64,000 bases of DNA, taken from an uncultured candidatus Porisulfidus sp. (GTDB lineage: Bacteria > Pseudomonadota > Gammaproteobacteria > Poriferisulfidales > Poriferisulfidaceae). The position numbers and the translations under genes were made by a program. Below the pieces are notes generated by a model. The model was given only the letters and a program-made list of their open reading frames with translations. It did not search any database and was not told where the DNA came from. The stretch lies in the NCBI GenBank assembly GCA_965116025.1, contig OZ220480.1, forward strand, positions 608,001 to 672,000. The letters are read 5' to 3'. Below are positions 55,232-64,000 of this stretch, piece by piece; positions within the stretch are counted from its first letter, which is position 1, and each line of letters starts with the position of its first letter.

Positions 55232-57066
55232 GCGCGAGAACCCCGCCGCCGAGCGTCATCGGCCTTCAGGTGAACCTTCAGGATGGCGACAGCGGCGGGC
55301 GTCACCCCGGGAACGCGGGCGGCCTGCCCCAGCGTCGCGGGGCGGCAGTGGCTGAGCTTTTCCCGCGCCTCATGCGACAGAGCAGAGATTGAGCGGTAAT
55401 CGATCCCCTCAGGCAAACGGCGGACCTCGTCGCGCTTCAGCTTCTCGATTTCTTGCTTGTGACGGCGAATATAGCCCTCGTAGCGCAACTCGATCTCGGC
55501 CTGACGGCCGATGTCGGGCCGGGCCGGCTCATAGTCCGGAGCGCCCGAGACGGCATCGGCGTAAGCGGTATCGGGACGACGCAGAACGTCGGCCAAGCTA
55601 CCTTCGCCCAGCCGGGTGGACCGTAAGCGTCGCAGTTCCGCCTCGACCGCGTCGCGCCGTTCGCGAAAAAGCTCCCATTGCGCGTCTCCGACCAGGCCCA
55701 GCTCGCGCCCAATCTCGGTCAGACGCAAATCGGCGTTGTCCTCCCGCAAGCTCAGCCGATATTCGGCGCGACTGGTGAACATGCGGTAGGGCTCGTCCAC
55801 TCCCCGGGTGGTCAGGTCGTCGACCAAAACGCCGATGTACGCCTGATCCCGGCGGGGCCACCAAACGTCCCGGCCCAGGCTTTGGGCCGCGGCGTTGAAG
55901 CCCGCGAGCAGCCCTTGCGCGGCCGCCTCCTCGTAGCCGGTCGTGCCGTTGATCTGCCCGGCCAGGTACAGTCCGGGAAGCGCCTCGCAGCATAGCGTCG
56001 GACGCAGTTGCCGAGGGTCGAAGAAGTCGTATTCGATGGCGTAGCCATGGCGCGTCAGCCGCGCCTCCTCGAACCCCGGAATCGTCCGGACGAACCGCTC
56101 CTGCGCCTCGGCCGGCAGACTGGTGGAGATTCCGTTGGGATAGACCACGTGGGTGCCCAGCCCTTCGGGCTCGATGAACACCTGGTGCGACGGACGGTCG
56201 GCGAAGCGAACCACTTTGTCCTCGACCGAAGGGCAATAGCGCGGCCCGCGACTGTCGATAGCACCGGTTCGCATTGGCGACTGGTGCAAATGCGCGCGGA
56301 TCACGTCGTGGGTGGCCTCCGTCGTGCGCGTCAGATGGCAATCCACTTGCCGCGGACGCGCGTCCAGAGAGCTGAGCCGGGACAACGGCGGCGGAGGGAT
56401 CTCCCCGGGCTGGGGGGTGGTCTTGGACCAATCGACGCTCCGGCCATCCAATCGGGGAGGGGTTCCGGTCTTGAGGCGCCCGACGTTCGGCAGCAACTCG
56501 CGCAACCGCCGCGCCAAAAGCAGGGAAGCGGGATCTCCGGCGCGTCCGCCCCGGGTCTGGTCAGCGCCGACATGAATGGCGCCGTCCAGAAACGTGCCGG
56601 TCGCCAGCACCACCGCGGACGCCTCGATACGGTCGCCTTCCTCGGTGAGGACGCCGCGCGCCCTGCCACCACGCTCAATCAGGTCGCCGACGGCGACGGC
56701 CCGGACCTCCAGATTTCGCTCCTCAGCGACGGCTCGCTGGATCGCTTCGCGATACAGCTCGCGGTCGGTCTGGACGCGGGTGGCCCGCACGGCGGGGCCC
56801 TTGCTGCGATTGAGCACCCGGACGTGGATGCCAGCGCGGTCCGCGGCACGCGCCATGACCCCTCCGAGCGCATCGATCTCGCGCGCCAGATGACTTTTCC
56901 CGATCCCCCCGATCGCCGGGTTGCAGCTCATCTGGCCGATCGAGTCGACGCGGTGGGTCAGAAGCAAGGTTCGCGCGCCCACGCGCGCGGCCGCCAAAGC
57001 CGCCTCCACGCCGGCGTGTCCGCCACCGATGACCAGAACGTCCCAAACGCGCGTCGCGTCCTTCAT
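55228..57066 (-). CDS. mnmG: tRNA uridine-5-carboxymethylaminomethyl modification enzyme
   Basis: GGGHAGVEAA, MSCNPAIGG, KTGTPPR, PRYCPS, GQINGTTGYEEAAAQG. Confidence 0.97.
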   Translation of the reverse strand: MKDATRVWDVLVIGGGHAGVEAALAAARVGARTLLLTHRVDSIGQMSCNPAIGGIGKSHLAREIDALGGVMARAADRAGIHVRVLNRSKGPAVRATRVQTDRELYREAIQRAVAEERNLEVRAVAVGDLIERGGRARGVLTEEGDRIEASAVVLATGTFLDGAIHVGADQTRGGRAGDPASLLLARRLRELLPNVGRLKTGTPPRLDGRSVDWSKTTPQPGEIPPPPLSRLSSLDARPRQVDCHLTRTTEATHDVIRAHLHQSPMRTGAIDSRGPRYCPSVEDKVVRFADRPSHQVFIEPEGLGTHVVYPNGISTSLPAEAQERFVRTIPGFEEARLTRHGYAIEYDFFDPRQLRPTLCCEALPGLYLAGQINGTTGYEEAAAQGLLAGFNAAAQSLGRDVWWPRRDQAYIGVLVDDLTTRGVDEPYRMFTSRAEYRLSLREDNADLRLTEIGRELGLVGDAQWELFRERRDAVEAELRRLRSTRLGEGSLADVLRRPDTAYADAVSGAPDYEPARPDIGRQAEIELRYEGYIRRHKQEIEKLKRDEVRRLPEGIDYRSISALSHEAREKLSHCRPATLGQAARVPGVTPAAVAILKVHLKADDARRRGSRA

Positions 57067-57108
57067 AGCGGGGTTAATATACTTGAATCGGACCATCCGT
57101 TTACGGGA

Positions 57109-57163
57109 ATGTCCGATATAATGCTGTAATCATTTTTATGTTATCAGACATATATCGGACATA
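57109..57163. promoter_or_regulatory. Operator-like repeats in the AT-rich divergent intergenic region
   Basis: ATGTCCGATATA (57109-57120) / TATATCGGACAT (57151-57162) perfect IR; tandem TATC(A/G)GACATA at 57142-57163. Confidence 0.55.
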
Positions 57164-57167
57164 AGGG

Positions 57168-57659
57168 ATGCGTGGAGAGCGACGTAAACTGCTATTAATG
57201 CTAAAGAAGGCGGGAAGGTCCGTACCGATATCCGAGATTCGGGAAGGGTTTGAGGTCGACGACCGAACCCTGCGGCGCTGGCTGCTCGCCCTGCGCGACG
57301 AGGGGCGAGTCGAGGCCATCGGCGACAACAAGGGAAGACGCTACCGCCTCGCGCCATCGCGGGAGACCGGCCCGGGAATCGAGGATGGAACGCTTGAGGA
57401 GCTGCAACGGGAACTACTGCGCGAGGCGATCCGCGACGCGGCGAGCGGGCGGACGCTGACCGTCCTGCTCGCGGAGCGCGTCCGGGAGCTCCTGCCGGCC
57501 CCGGCCCGCGCGGGCTTCATAAAAACCACCTTGTCTCGCCTGCGCGCCATGACGACCGAGGAAGCGGAAGCGCTCGAGATTCCTCCGATGATGTTTCAAT
57601 ATTGGCGACGCGCGCAAACTTCGGCCCAATGCCAGGAAAACCAAACCCCGCCACCATGA
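57168..57659 (+). CDS. Winged-HTH protein
   Basis: ISEIREGFEVDDRTLRRWLLALRDEGRVEAIGDNKGRRYRL. Confidence 0.75.
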   Translation: MRGERRKLLLMLKKAGRSVPISEIREGFEVDDRTLRRWLLALRDEGRVEAIGDNKGRRYRLAPSRETGPGIEDGTLEELQRELLREAIRDAASGRTLTVLLAERVRELLPAPARAGFIKTTLSRLRAMTTEEAEALEIPPMMFQYWRRAQTSAQCQENQTPPP

Positions 57660-58387
57660 CCCTTCGCTTTCTCTCCATCGAGCATATCCCGCAAGAAGGA
57701 GTCGGCGCGATCTCCTCGTATATCCGGGAGCGCGGCGGCCACCTCGCCCGGCATAGACAATACCAGGGAGAGCCCCTATCCGCTTCCCACGACGACTACG
57801 ACGCGCTGGTGGTCATGGGAGGGCCGATGGGCGCGAGCGATGGAGATCGATACGCCTGGCTCGACCAAGAGACGCGCTTCATACGAGAGGCGATCGATCA
57901 GGGCAAGCGGGTTCTCGGCGTTTGCCTGGGCGCGCAACTGATCGCCAAGGCCCTGGGCGCGGAAGTGCGGAAGAACCATTGCGCGGAGATCGGATGGTTT
58001 CCGGTCCGGTTCGAGGACTCGTTTCGGAACGCTCCACCAGGGCGAGGACTCGACCGCGAGCTGGAGGTCCTCCACTGGCACGGCGACACGTTCGAGACAC
58101 CGTCGGGCGCGACTCGCGTCGCGAGCAGCGAAGCGTGCGCGAATCAAGGATTTCTGTTCGAGGGAAGGGCACTGGGGCTTCAGTTTCATCTGGAGATGGG
58201 AATGGAAGAAGCGCGCGTGATGACGGAAACCTTCCGGGACGAGTTGAAGCCCAGAAGGTTCGTGCAGGGCGAGGAGGAGATCAAGGCGCGAGCGGAGCGG
58301 AACGCCGCAACAGTGCGAAAAGCGCTGTTCTCTATGTTGGATGGCTTGCTGGAGCGCTTAGCGCCAAGGGAGGCGACCGAGGTCTGA
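57656..58387 (+). CDS. Class I glutamine amidotransferase (GMP-synthase-like)
   Basis: MGGPMG, GVCLGAQL, HWHGD, LQFHLE. Confidence 0.92.
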   Translation: MTLRFLSIEHIPQEGVGAISSYIRERGGHLARHRQYQGEPLSASHDDYDALVVMGGPMGASDGDRYAWLDQETRFIREAIDQGKRVLGVCLGAQLIAKALGAEVRKNHCAEIGWFPVRFEDSFRNAPPGRGLDRELEVLHWHGDTFETPSGATRVASSEACANQGFLFEGRALGLQFHLEMGMEEARVMTETFRDELKPRRFVQGEEEIKARAERNAATVRKALFSMLDGLLERLAPREATEV

Positions 58388-58479
58388 CCCGCATCGCCGA
58401 TGCTGGCGACATGGCAAAGTCGACGGCTCTTTGCGCTGTGTTAAACTTCACGCTCACCCCCATCAGATATCAACATCTA

Positions 58480-60373
58480 GTGCCCCCCCCCCCCCCCCCC
58501 CCTACAGCTCGTCTTCCCTATCGCCAGCACCAAGGTTGGCAAGCCATACGCGATAGCTGAGCATTGCGTCGTCGGCCCCGACATAGCGTGTCGAGAACTG
58601 ATCCAAAACGCGCTTGACGCGCACGCCTCTTTGCGAGACGGGCAGCCTTGCAAAGTTCTTTTCAAGATCTCCAAGATCAAGACCGAGGAGATTCCCGGAT
58701 ACGCCTGTTACCGGGCGGCCCTGAAAGACGCGCTCAAGTCGTGGAGCCAGAATGAATCCGTATCCACGTATCTCAAATCCATACAGAGAAACCTGAGCCA
58801 GCCAGAACTCGAGGTCCTTTATGTCATTGACAACGGCAAAGGCTTCAGCGAGAGAGGACTGGAGGCCGTCATGGCCGAAGGTTCTCCCGACAAGCAGGAG
58901 GGCTCTACCGGATCATTCGGAGTGGGACACCTCACGAGTTACGGCTTGTCAGGGATTCAGTACATTTGCTACGCGAGCAAGCAACGGGACGGGACGCTGT
59001 TGGCCACCGGTCACGCCATTCTGTCATCGCACGATTCCAATGGCGAGTTGCGCTCGAACAACGGATACTACGTCCAAGAATATCATCCAAGGTTCACCGA
59101 GCCCTTCGATTTTGGGGCGACCGATCAAATTCCCGATTTCCTGCGACGCGAACTGGATCGAATAACGTCTCCCTCCGGGTCCATCATCGCGATATTGGGA
59201 TTCAATCGATTCTCCCAAGGCTCCCGAAAGAGATCTCGCGGGCAAAAAGAACTACATGAACTGATCCGCGAAGCGGTCGCCGAGAATTTCGCTATCGCCA
59301 TTTGGGCGAACCATCTTGAAGTCGACGTTCTCGATACGACGCAGAATGATCTCGAATCGATACTGCACCATACGGTGGACAAGAACGGTATAGAAGAATT
59401 CCTTAAGCACATGGCTCGCCCGGACACCGGGACCAAGGTGCAGACGCTCAAGGCGCAACAAACGCTGGATTCCATCCAAACGTACCGGGAATCCTCAAAG
59501 TCAGGCAATCTCTCCGGCGATTTCAAGGATTGCCAAATCTCTTTGCGCAACCGGGCTCGCGCCCATAGCGTGTCGATCTGGCGCAACGGCATGCTCATCA
59601 CGCGCAAGCATCGGGGACTGGCCAAAAATCAGTTCGATAACAAGAAGCCTTTTGACGCTGTCGTCATGCTGAGCGGCAAGGAGCGTCCCCACGACGCGCA
59701 CGACATCGTGAAAAAAGCGGAAACGCCTATGCACGACAGAATTCAGGAGAACAGGCTTGAGAACGAAACCGAGCGGAAAACGCTGAAACGATGGTTGGAA
59801 GAAATTCGATCATGGATTTCCGAACATGCCGAAGAATCGGGAGGCGAGTCAGCGGATCTGGAAGACGAGATCGTCCTAGATGGAGGCAATACCATGAAAG
59901 AAAAAGCATCAAGGTCCTTGAAAATCATTCCGGGCTCGGGGAATGGCGAAGACGAGCCTATCGATCCCAAAACGCCCAAGACAACACCGCCGTATCCCCC
60001 ACGTCCGGGCCCACGCCGCGTCCGGCGAAAACTCTCTCCAGCGAAAGCCCAAGGGAGGCCGCTCGCGAACGACCGCTACCGAATCCGAATAAAGCCAGAG
60101 GCCCGCGTCGACAGAGGCTTCGTCAAAATCATCATTGACAGCGGGCAAGACCCCAGTTGCAGGGGGGCGATCCAAGACACGCCTCTAGTCATTCGGTCAG
60201 CAAAAAGTCCAGATGGACGAGCATACCGCGTGGGTAGCGGTGGATTGGTTCAGTTGGGCAATCTGCAAGAAGGCGAAACGGTAGTCGTCGATTTGGCTTT
60301 CCGGGATCCGCCCGGGGACTTCAACCAAATCTCTCTAGGCTGTCTGCTCGGAACTACGGAGGAGAAAGAGTGA
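58480..60373 (+). CDS. GHKL (HATPase/MORC-like) domain protein, out of frame at the C20 tract
   Basis: Frame of the 58631 ORF extends upstream to the tract and contains RELIQNALDA (N box), then VIDNGKGF (G1) and GSFGVG (G2); alternative start ATG 58411. Confidence 0.75.
58483..58502 (+). repeat. C20 homopolymer (candidate slipped-strand switch)
   Basis: 20 consecutive C immediately after GTG 58480. Confidence 0.9.
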
Positions 60374-61221
60374 GCACGTTATTTCCCCACCCTGTTCTGC
60401 ATCAGGATACGCTCGACTATAGCGACCCGAAGGCGTACCAAGCGACCTTCAAAAGAATGGGAAAAACCACGCTGGTAGTGGAGCACACCTTGCGGCGAGA
60501 CACATTGATCGCTTCGTTGATTGAGCAAGAAAAGGCTTCTTTCTACTGCACGGTATCCATCGGGGGAACAGCTTTTCGCAAAACCGAGCCGGCTCCCGCG
60601 AGCATCCGTGATGGGAGCATCACCGCCCATCAAGAAATCGAACACCCCGCCTTCGTCAATCGGTACGACGTATTCGCGTCCGCTGGCGTCCTGAACCACG
60701 AAGCGAAGAGAATGCCATGGGAAAAGGCCACGGGCATTGATGCTTTTTATAAAGACGAAACGTCGGATTTAGAGTTTTCCGCAGGGGCCATGCTCGCTTG
60801 CAGCGGCTGGCGACATTTTTATCCGATGGACGCCTTGTTTCGAATCAAGTCCAATTCCGACCTTAATACGGGAGTATTCCAAGCCGAACCAAGCTATCAG
60901 CCCACCATCCGAATCACCATCCAAATGAACAACAAACTGTACGATGAAGTGGAAGGCAACTCCCAAGGAACAGTTCGGTCGCATGTCCTATGCGCGTCCC
61001 TAATTCCCGTGCTGAAAGAACTTGAAGAGAAATACAAACGCTGCAGCGAGAAAAGCGACACGGAAAGCCTAGACACTGATAGAGCGGACTTAGAGGCGGC
61101 GGAAGGGTTGAAACGATTTCTCATCTCGAAAGAAATTCCGACTTGGGAGGATGAAGCGTTCAACGCGGTTGAAGCGGCATCGAAGTTCAAGCCAGCCATG
61201 CTGGACGACCGCGAGGAATAA
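60370..61221 (+). CDS. Hypothetical protein (FPHPVL N-terminal motif)
   Basis: 283 aa, coupled to the GHKL gene (GTGA overlap). Confidence 0.8.
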   Translation: MSTLFPHPVLHQDTLDYSDPKAYQATFKRMGKTTLVVEHTLRRDTLIASLIEQEKASFYCTVSIGGTAFRKTEPAPASIRDGSITAHQEIEHPAFVNRYDVFASAGVLNHEAKRMPWEKATGIDAFYKDETSDLEFSAGAMLACSGWRHFYPMDALFRIKSNSDLNTGVFQAEPSYQPTIRITIQMNNKLYDEVEGNSQGTVRSHVLCASLIPVLKELEEKYKRCSEKSDTESLDTDRADLEAAEGLKRFLISKEIPTWEDEAFNAVEAASKFKPAMLDDREE

Positions 61222-61224
61222 CGG

Positions 61225-62136
61225 ATGACGATTTATCGCCACTTGAGCGACGAGCGCCTGTACCGGTGGGCCAAATCCATGATCGCCAAAAAAGGAAGCG
61301 AGAAACAACGCGAGTTTCTTGCGCATGTCGCTGACGACAGCCCCGATGAATTCGTTGATTATGTGGAAAGCTGTATAGGAAACCGAGCCTCAGCCTATAA
61401 AAACCCCGACGGAGAAACTCCCACCCTGCTCGATCAATCGGGACAACCCGTCGTGTCAATGACTGCCGGCCACATGTATCTCATGCCAGCAAAGGACATC
61501 CAGAGACTGCACGACCACTGGCGAGACATCCCGTATGGAGACGCGGTTTGTCCAACCTTATGGGGCGCGATCACTCTGTCCGAGATTCGAGCGGGCCGAA
61601 TTCATCCTGTCTGGCTCGCCGTGGATCGTAAAGGATGCGAAGACGCGACGCGCAAAGAGATCGAAAGATCTCTGCGAGAAAAACAGGACATGAAAATCGA
61701 TACGCTGGTGCGACGGTGCATGCGGTGGATGACAGCACCAGGAACCATGCGCGGCGCGCCCGAGTTATACGGCAACTGCTCTCTCGCGAAAGCTTGGTGG
61801 TGCGGACATTTCTCGCGTTTGGTCCACGACCAGACTAAAGCCGACCTTGACGAGATCGTTAAATCCCTGCAGAAATCCTGGCTTGGACTGACCGACTATC
61901 TCGCGGGGAAACTGACCGTGATCGGCGAGCCCAGCGTTATCGCGGGATTCACCCTGTGGGCCCGCAAGCGACTCGATCAAGAAAAGCAATTGCCGCGAAA
62001 ACATGTCGAGCGGACCTGCCAGACATTAGGAGAGATCTCTTCCTGGTGCGTGCTCGGCTGGATGTCTGCCGAGGAAATCGAGAGAAAGATTTTCGGCTTC
62101 AAACCAGTAACGAGCTTTCAAGAAGACGTGCACTAA
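61225..62136 (+). CDS. Hypothetical protein
   Basis: 303 aa, 3 bp after the previous stop; NCSLAKAWWCG motif. Confidence 0.8.
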   Translation: MTIYRHLSDERLYRWAKSMIAKKGSEKQREFLAHVADDSPDEFVDYVESCIGNRASAYKNPDGETPTLLDQSGQPVVSMTAGHMYLMPAKDIQRLHDHWRDIPYGDAVCPTLWGAITLSEIRAGRIHPVWLAVDRKGCEDATRKEIERSLREKQDMKIDTLVRRCMRWMTAPGTMRGAPELYGNCSLAKAWWCGHFSRLVHDQTKADLDEIVKSLQKSWLGLTDYLAGKLTVIGEPSVIAGFTLWARKRLDQEKQLPRKHVERTCQTLGEISSWCVLGWMSAEEIERKIFGFKPVTSFQEDVH

Positions 62137-62142
62137 CGCATC

Positions 62143-63534
62143 ATGAGCGCCTCCCGCAGTGGAGCTGTTGATGTTCCGAGACTATCCGCGCATCTTTGGA
62201 GAGGAGGGCTCCCACGTCGCGGAATCCTCCATTATGAATCCGCGAAGCATCGCGATGCTCCACATGTAGTCAAGTTCTCTGGAGGCCGGTCCAGCGGCCT
62301 GATGTTGCTTATCCTCCTAGAAAACGGTTTGCTGAAAGCGGAGCGGGGAGACGTGGTCCTGTTCACGAACACATCCGCCGAGCATCCGGCCACTTATGAC
62401 TTCGTCAAAAAGATGAAGCGCGTCACCGAGCGTATGGGAATTCCTTTCTTTCTCGCCCAGCTACAGACTTTCGAGACCGTCGCGAAAGGCGAATGGCGCC
62501 GCCGGCTAAGCTACCGCCTGACGACCGATAGCCCGGCATCCGCCAAAGATCCTTTGGGCTATGAATATCGCGGAGAGGTTTTCGAGGAGGCAATAGCCTG
62601 GAACGGTATGCTTCCCTCAGTGCATACCCGCGTCTGCACAACGCTGATGAAAATGTTCGTGACTCGGGAGTTTTTGTCAGACTGGTTCGGTAGCGCGGAC
62701 GGAATCCCGATGCGCGGCCATACCGGCGACACTTCCCAAGTAATGCCCAGCATTCTGTACCAGGAACACTTGGTGAATCGAGGAAAAATGTCTTTCATGG
62801 AGTACCGAAAACGCCATGATCTTTTGAAATCCCGACCCACATTCAGGCCCGAGCAAAAGTATGCGGATTACACGAAGGCGACCATCCAAGGCCATGAAAA
62901 TCCAAGACTCAGGGAAAGCGTGCTAGGAAACAAGTGCGAACTATTCGGCGAGCATTCCGCCAAATTTCTGACCTTCTTGGGATTTCGGTTTGGGGAGTAC
63001 GCACGCTACCAGCGAATGACACAACGAAACAAGGGGGAGGAAACCCCCGGACATGACACCCACCCAACGGGCGAGTTTTCTTATTCCCCCCTCTTCGACC
63101 TCGGCATCGATCAAGCCAAAGTGCTACGGTTTTGGAAAAAACAACCGGCGCGCCTGCGCCCCCTCCTTCCGACAGATATTAATCTTTCCAATTGCGTGTA
63201 TTGCTTTCTGAAAGGTCCTCGGGCCCTAGGCGAAATTCAAAACACTAAGAGAGACTTCGAAAAAACGTTGCCTCCTTCCGTGCAAGCCGAGTGCAGGAAA
63301 ACCAAAACGCCCAATTCTATTAACTGGTGGATCCACCTGGAGGATTCGAGAAAGCGAACAGCGAACAAGAAAAACTCGGATGGCAGCAACAACCAAACGT
63401 TCGGCATGTTCGGGCTGAAAGACTTGGACTACCGGGCAATTAAAGAGCGAGCGTTAGTAGAAAAGCGAAAAGACAAGCGGGCTTTCACGGAGACATTGCC
63501 CGCCTCCACCTTGAATTGCGAATGCACCGACTAA
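62143..63534 (+). CDS. PAPS-reductase/PP-loop family protein with Cys motifs
   Basis: FSGGRSSG PP-loop, FTNTSAEHPATYDF, RVCTTLMK, GFRFGE, SNCVYCFLKG, C-terminal CECTD. Confidence 0.85.
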   Translation: MSASRSGAVDVPRLSAHLWRGGLPRRGILHYESAKHRDAPHVVKFSGGRSSGLMLLILLENGLLKAERGDVVLFTNTSAEHPATYDFVKKMKRVTERMGIPFFLAQLQTFETVAKGEWRRRLSYRLTTDSPASAKDPLGYEYRGEVFEEAIAWNGMLPSVHTRVCTTLMKMFVTREFLSDWFGSADGIPMRGHTGDTSQVMPSILYQEHLVNRGKMSFMEYRKRHDLLKSRPTFRPEQKYADYTKATIQGHENPRLRESVLGNKCELFGEHSAKFLTFLGFRFGEYARYQRMTQRNKGEETPGHDTHPTGEFSYSPLFDLGIDQAKVLRFWKKQPARLRPLLPTDINLSNCVYCFLKGPRALGEIQNTKRDFEKTLPPSVQAECRKTKTPNSINWWIHLEDSRKRTANKKNSDGSNNQTFGMFGLKDLDYRAIKERALVEKRKDKRAFTETLPASTLNCECTD

Positions 63535-64000
63535 AGCCCGTTTATTTCGATTACGCGGCCACCACTCCTGTCGATGAGCGCGTTGTGGAAGCGATGACTC
63601 CCTATTGGAAATTGGGCGGAACCTTCGGTAACCCCTCGAGCATTCACCATCCCTATGGGACCGAAGCGGCGAACGCAGTCGAAATGGCGAGGAAAAGAGT
63701 AGCCCGCTTGATTGGAGCGGAAGCCCGCGAGATCATCTGGACATCTGGAGCCACAGAAGCGAACAATCTCGCTATGCGAGGGTGTCTTCAAGCTGGAACA
63801 AAATCTCCGCGCCAGTTGATTACCGTCGCCACCGAACACAGCTCGGTTCTAGACACGGCGATAGCGCTTCGCAAAGAAGGAATGGATGTCAAAGTGTTAC
63901 CAGTTGATCGGAACGGGCTTGTTGGACTGGAAGAGCTCGAGCGGGTGATCAGTGAAGGTGACGCTTTGGTTTCAATCATGTGGGTCAACAACGAAACCGG
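63522..64000 (+). CDS. Cysteine desulfurase (IscS/DndA-like), runs off the right edge
   Basis: Hand translation from ATG 63522: MHRLKPVYFDYAATTPVD...FGNPSS.HHPYG...EIIWTSGATEANNLA...TEHSSV...VSIMWVNNET; overlaps the previous gene by 13 bp. Confidence 0.93.
   Translation, partial: MHRLKPVYFDYAATTPVDERVVEAMTPYWKLGGTFGNPSSIHHPYGTEAANAVEMARKRVARLIGAEAREIIWTSGATEANNLAMRGCLQAGTKSPRQLITVATEHSSVLDTAIALRKEGMDVKVLPVDRNGLVGLEELERVISEGDALVSIMWVNNET

Noticed and set aside
57067-57167. oriC upstream of mnmG
   Set aside because: AT-rich but only about 100 bp, and no TTATCCACA DnaA boxes seen.
62143-63534. Housekeeping cysH or canonical dndC
   Set aside because: No ECGLH C-terminal motif or cys neighbours, no SGGKDS motif, and no dndD/E next to it.

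Overview
High-GC gammaproteobacterial chromosome segment (F1Fo ATP synthase operon, glmUS, dksA, ctpA, grxC-secB-gpsA, pyrD, parAB-rsmG-mnmG) with accessory DNA at both ends. Left: an ~11 kb element without an integrase (746-11778) sits in the last codons of a type III restriction (res) gene and separates it from its mod gene. It encodes a minimal HK97-like head module (TerL, HNH, major capsid, portal; no TerS, protease or tail), four tandem RTX/Ca-binding proteins (three near-identical apart from one hypervariable loop), two DNA-binding proteins and hairpin-rich non-coding ends. Next to it are a frameshifted C5 methyltransferase, a TonB-dependent receptor, a Phd-VapC module, tRNA-Thr(CGT) and an autotransporter frameshifted by a G23 tract in its signal-peptide region. 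Right: a compositionally distinct operon of GHKL ATPase-like gene (frameshifted by a C20 tract), two unknown genes, a PAPS-reductase-family gene and a cysteine desulfurase, a candidate non-Dnd/non-Ssp sulfur-modification or defence system. An internally deleted IS30 lies where gpmI-envC usually are. All calls were made by eye from motifs; no database searches were run.
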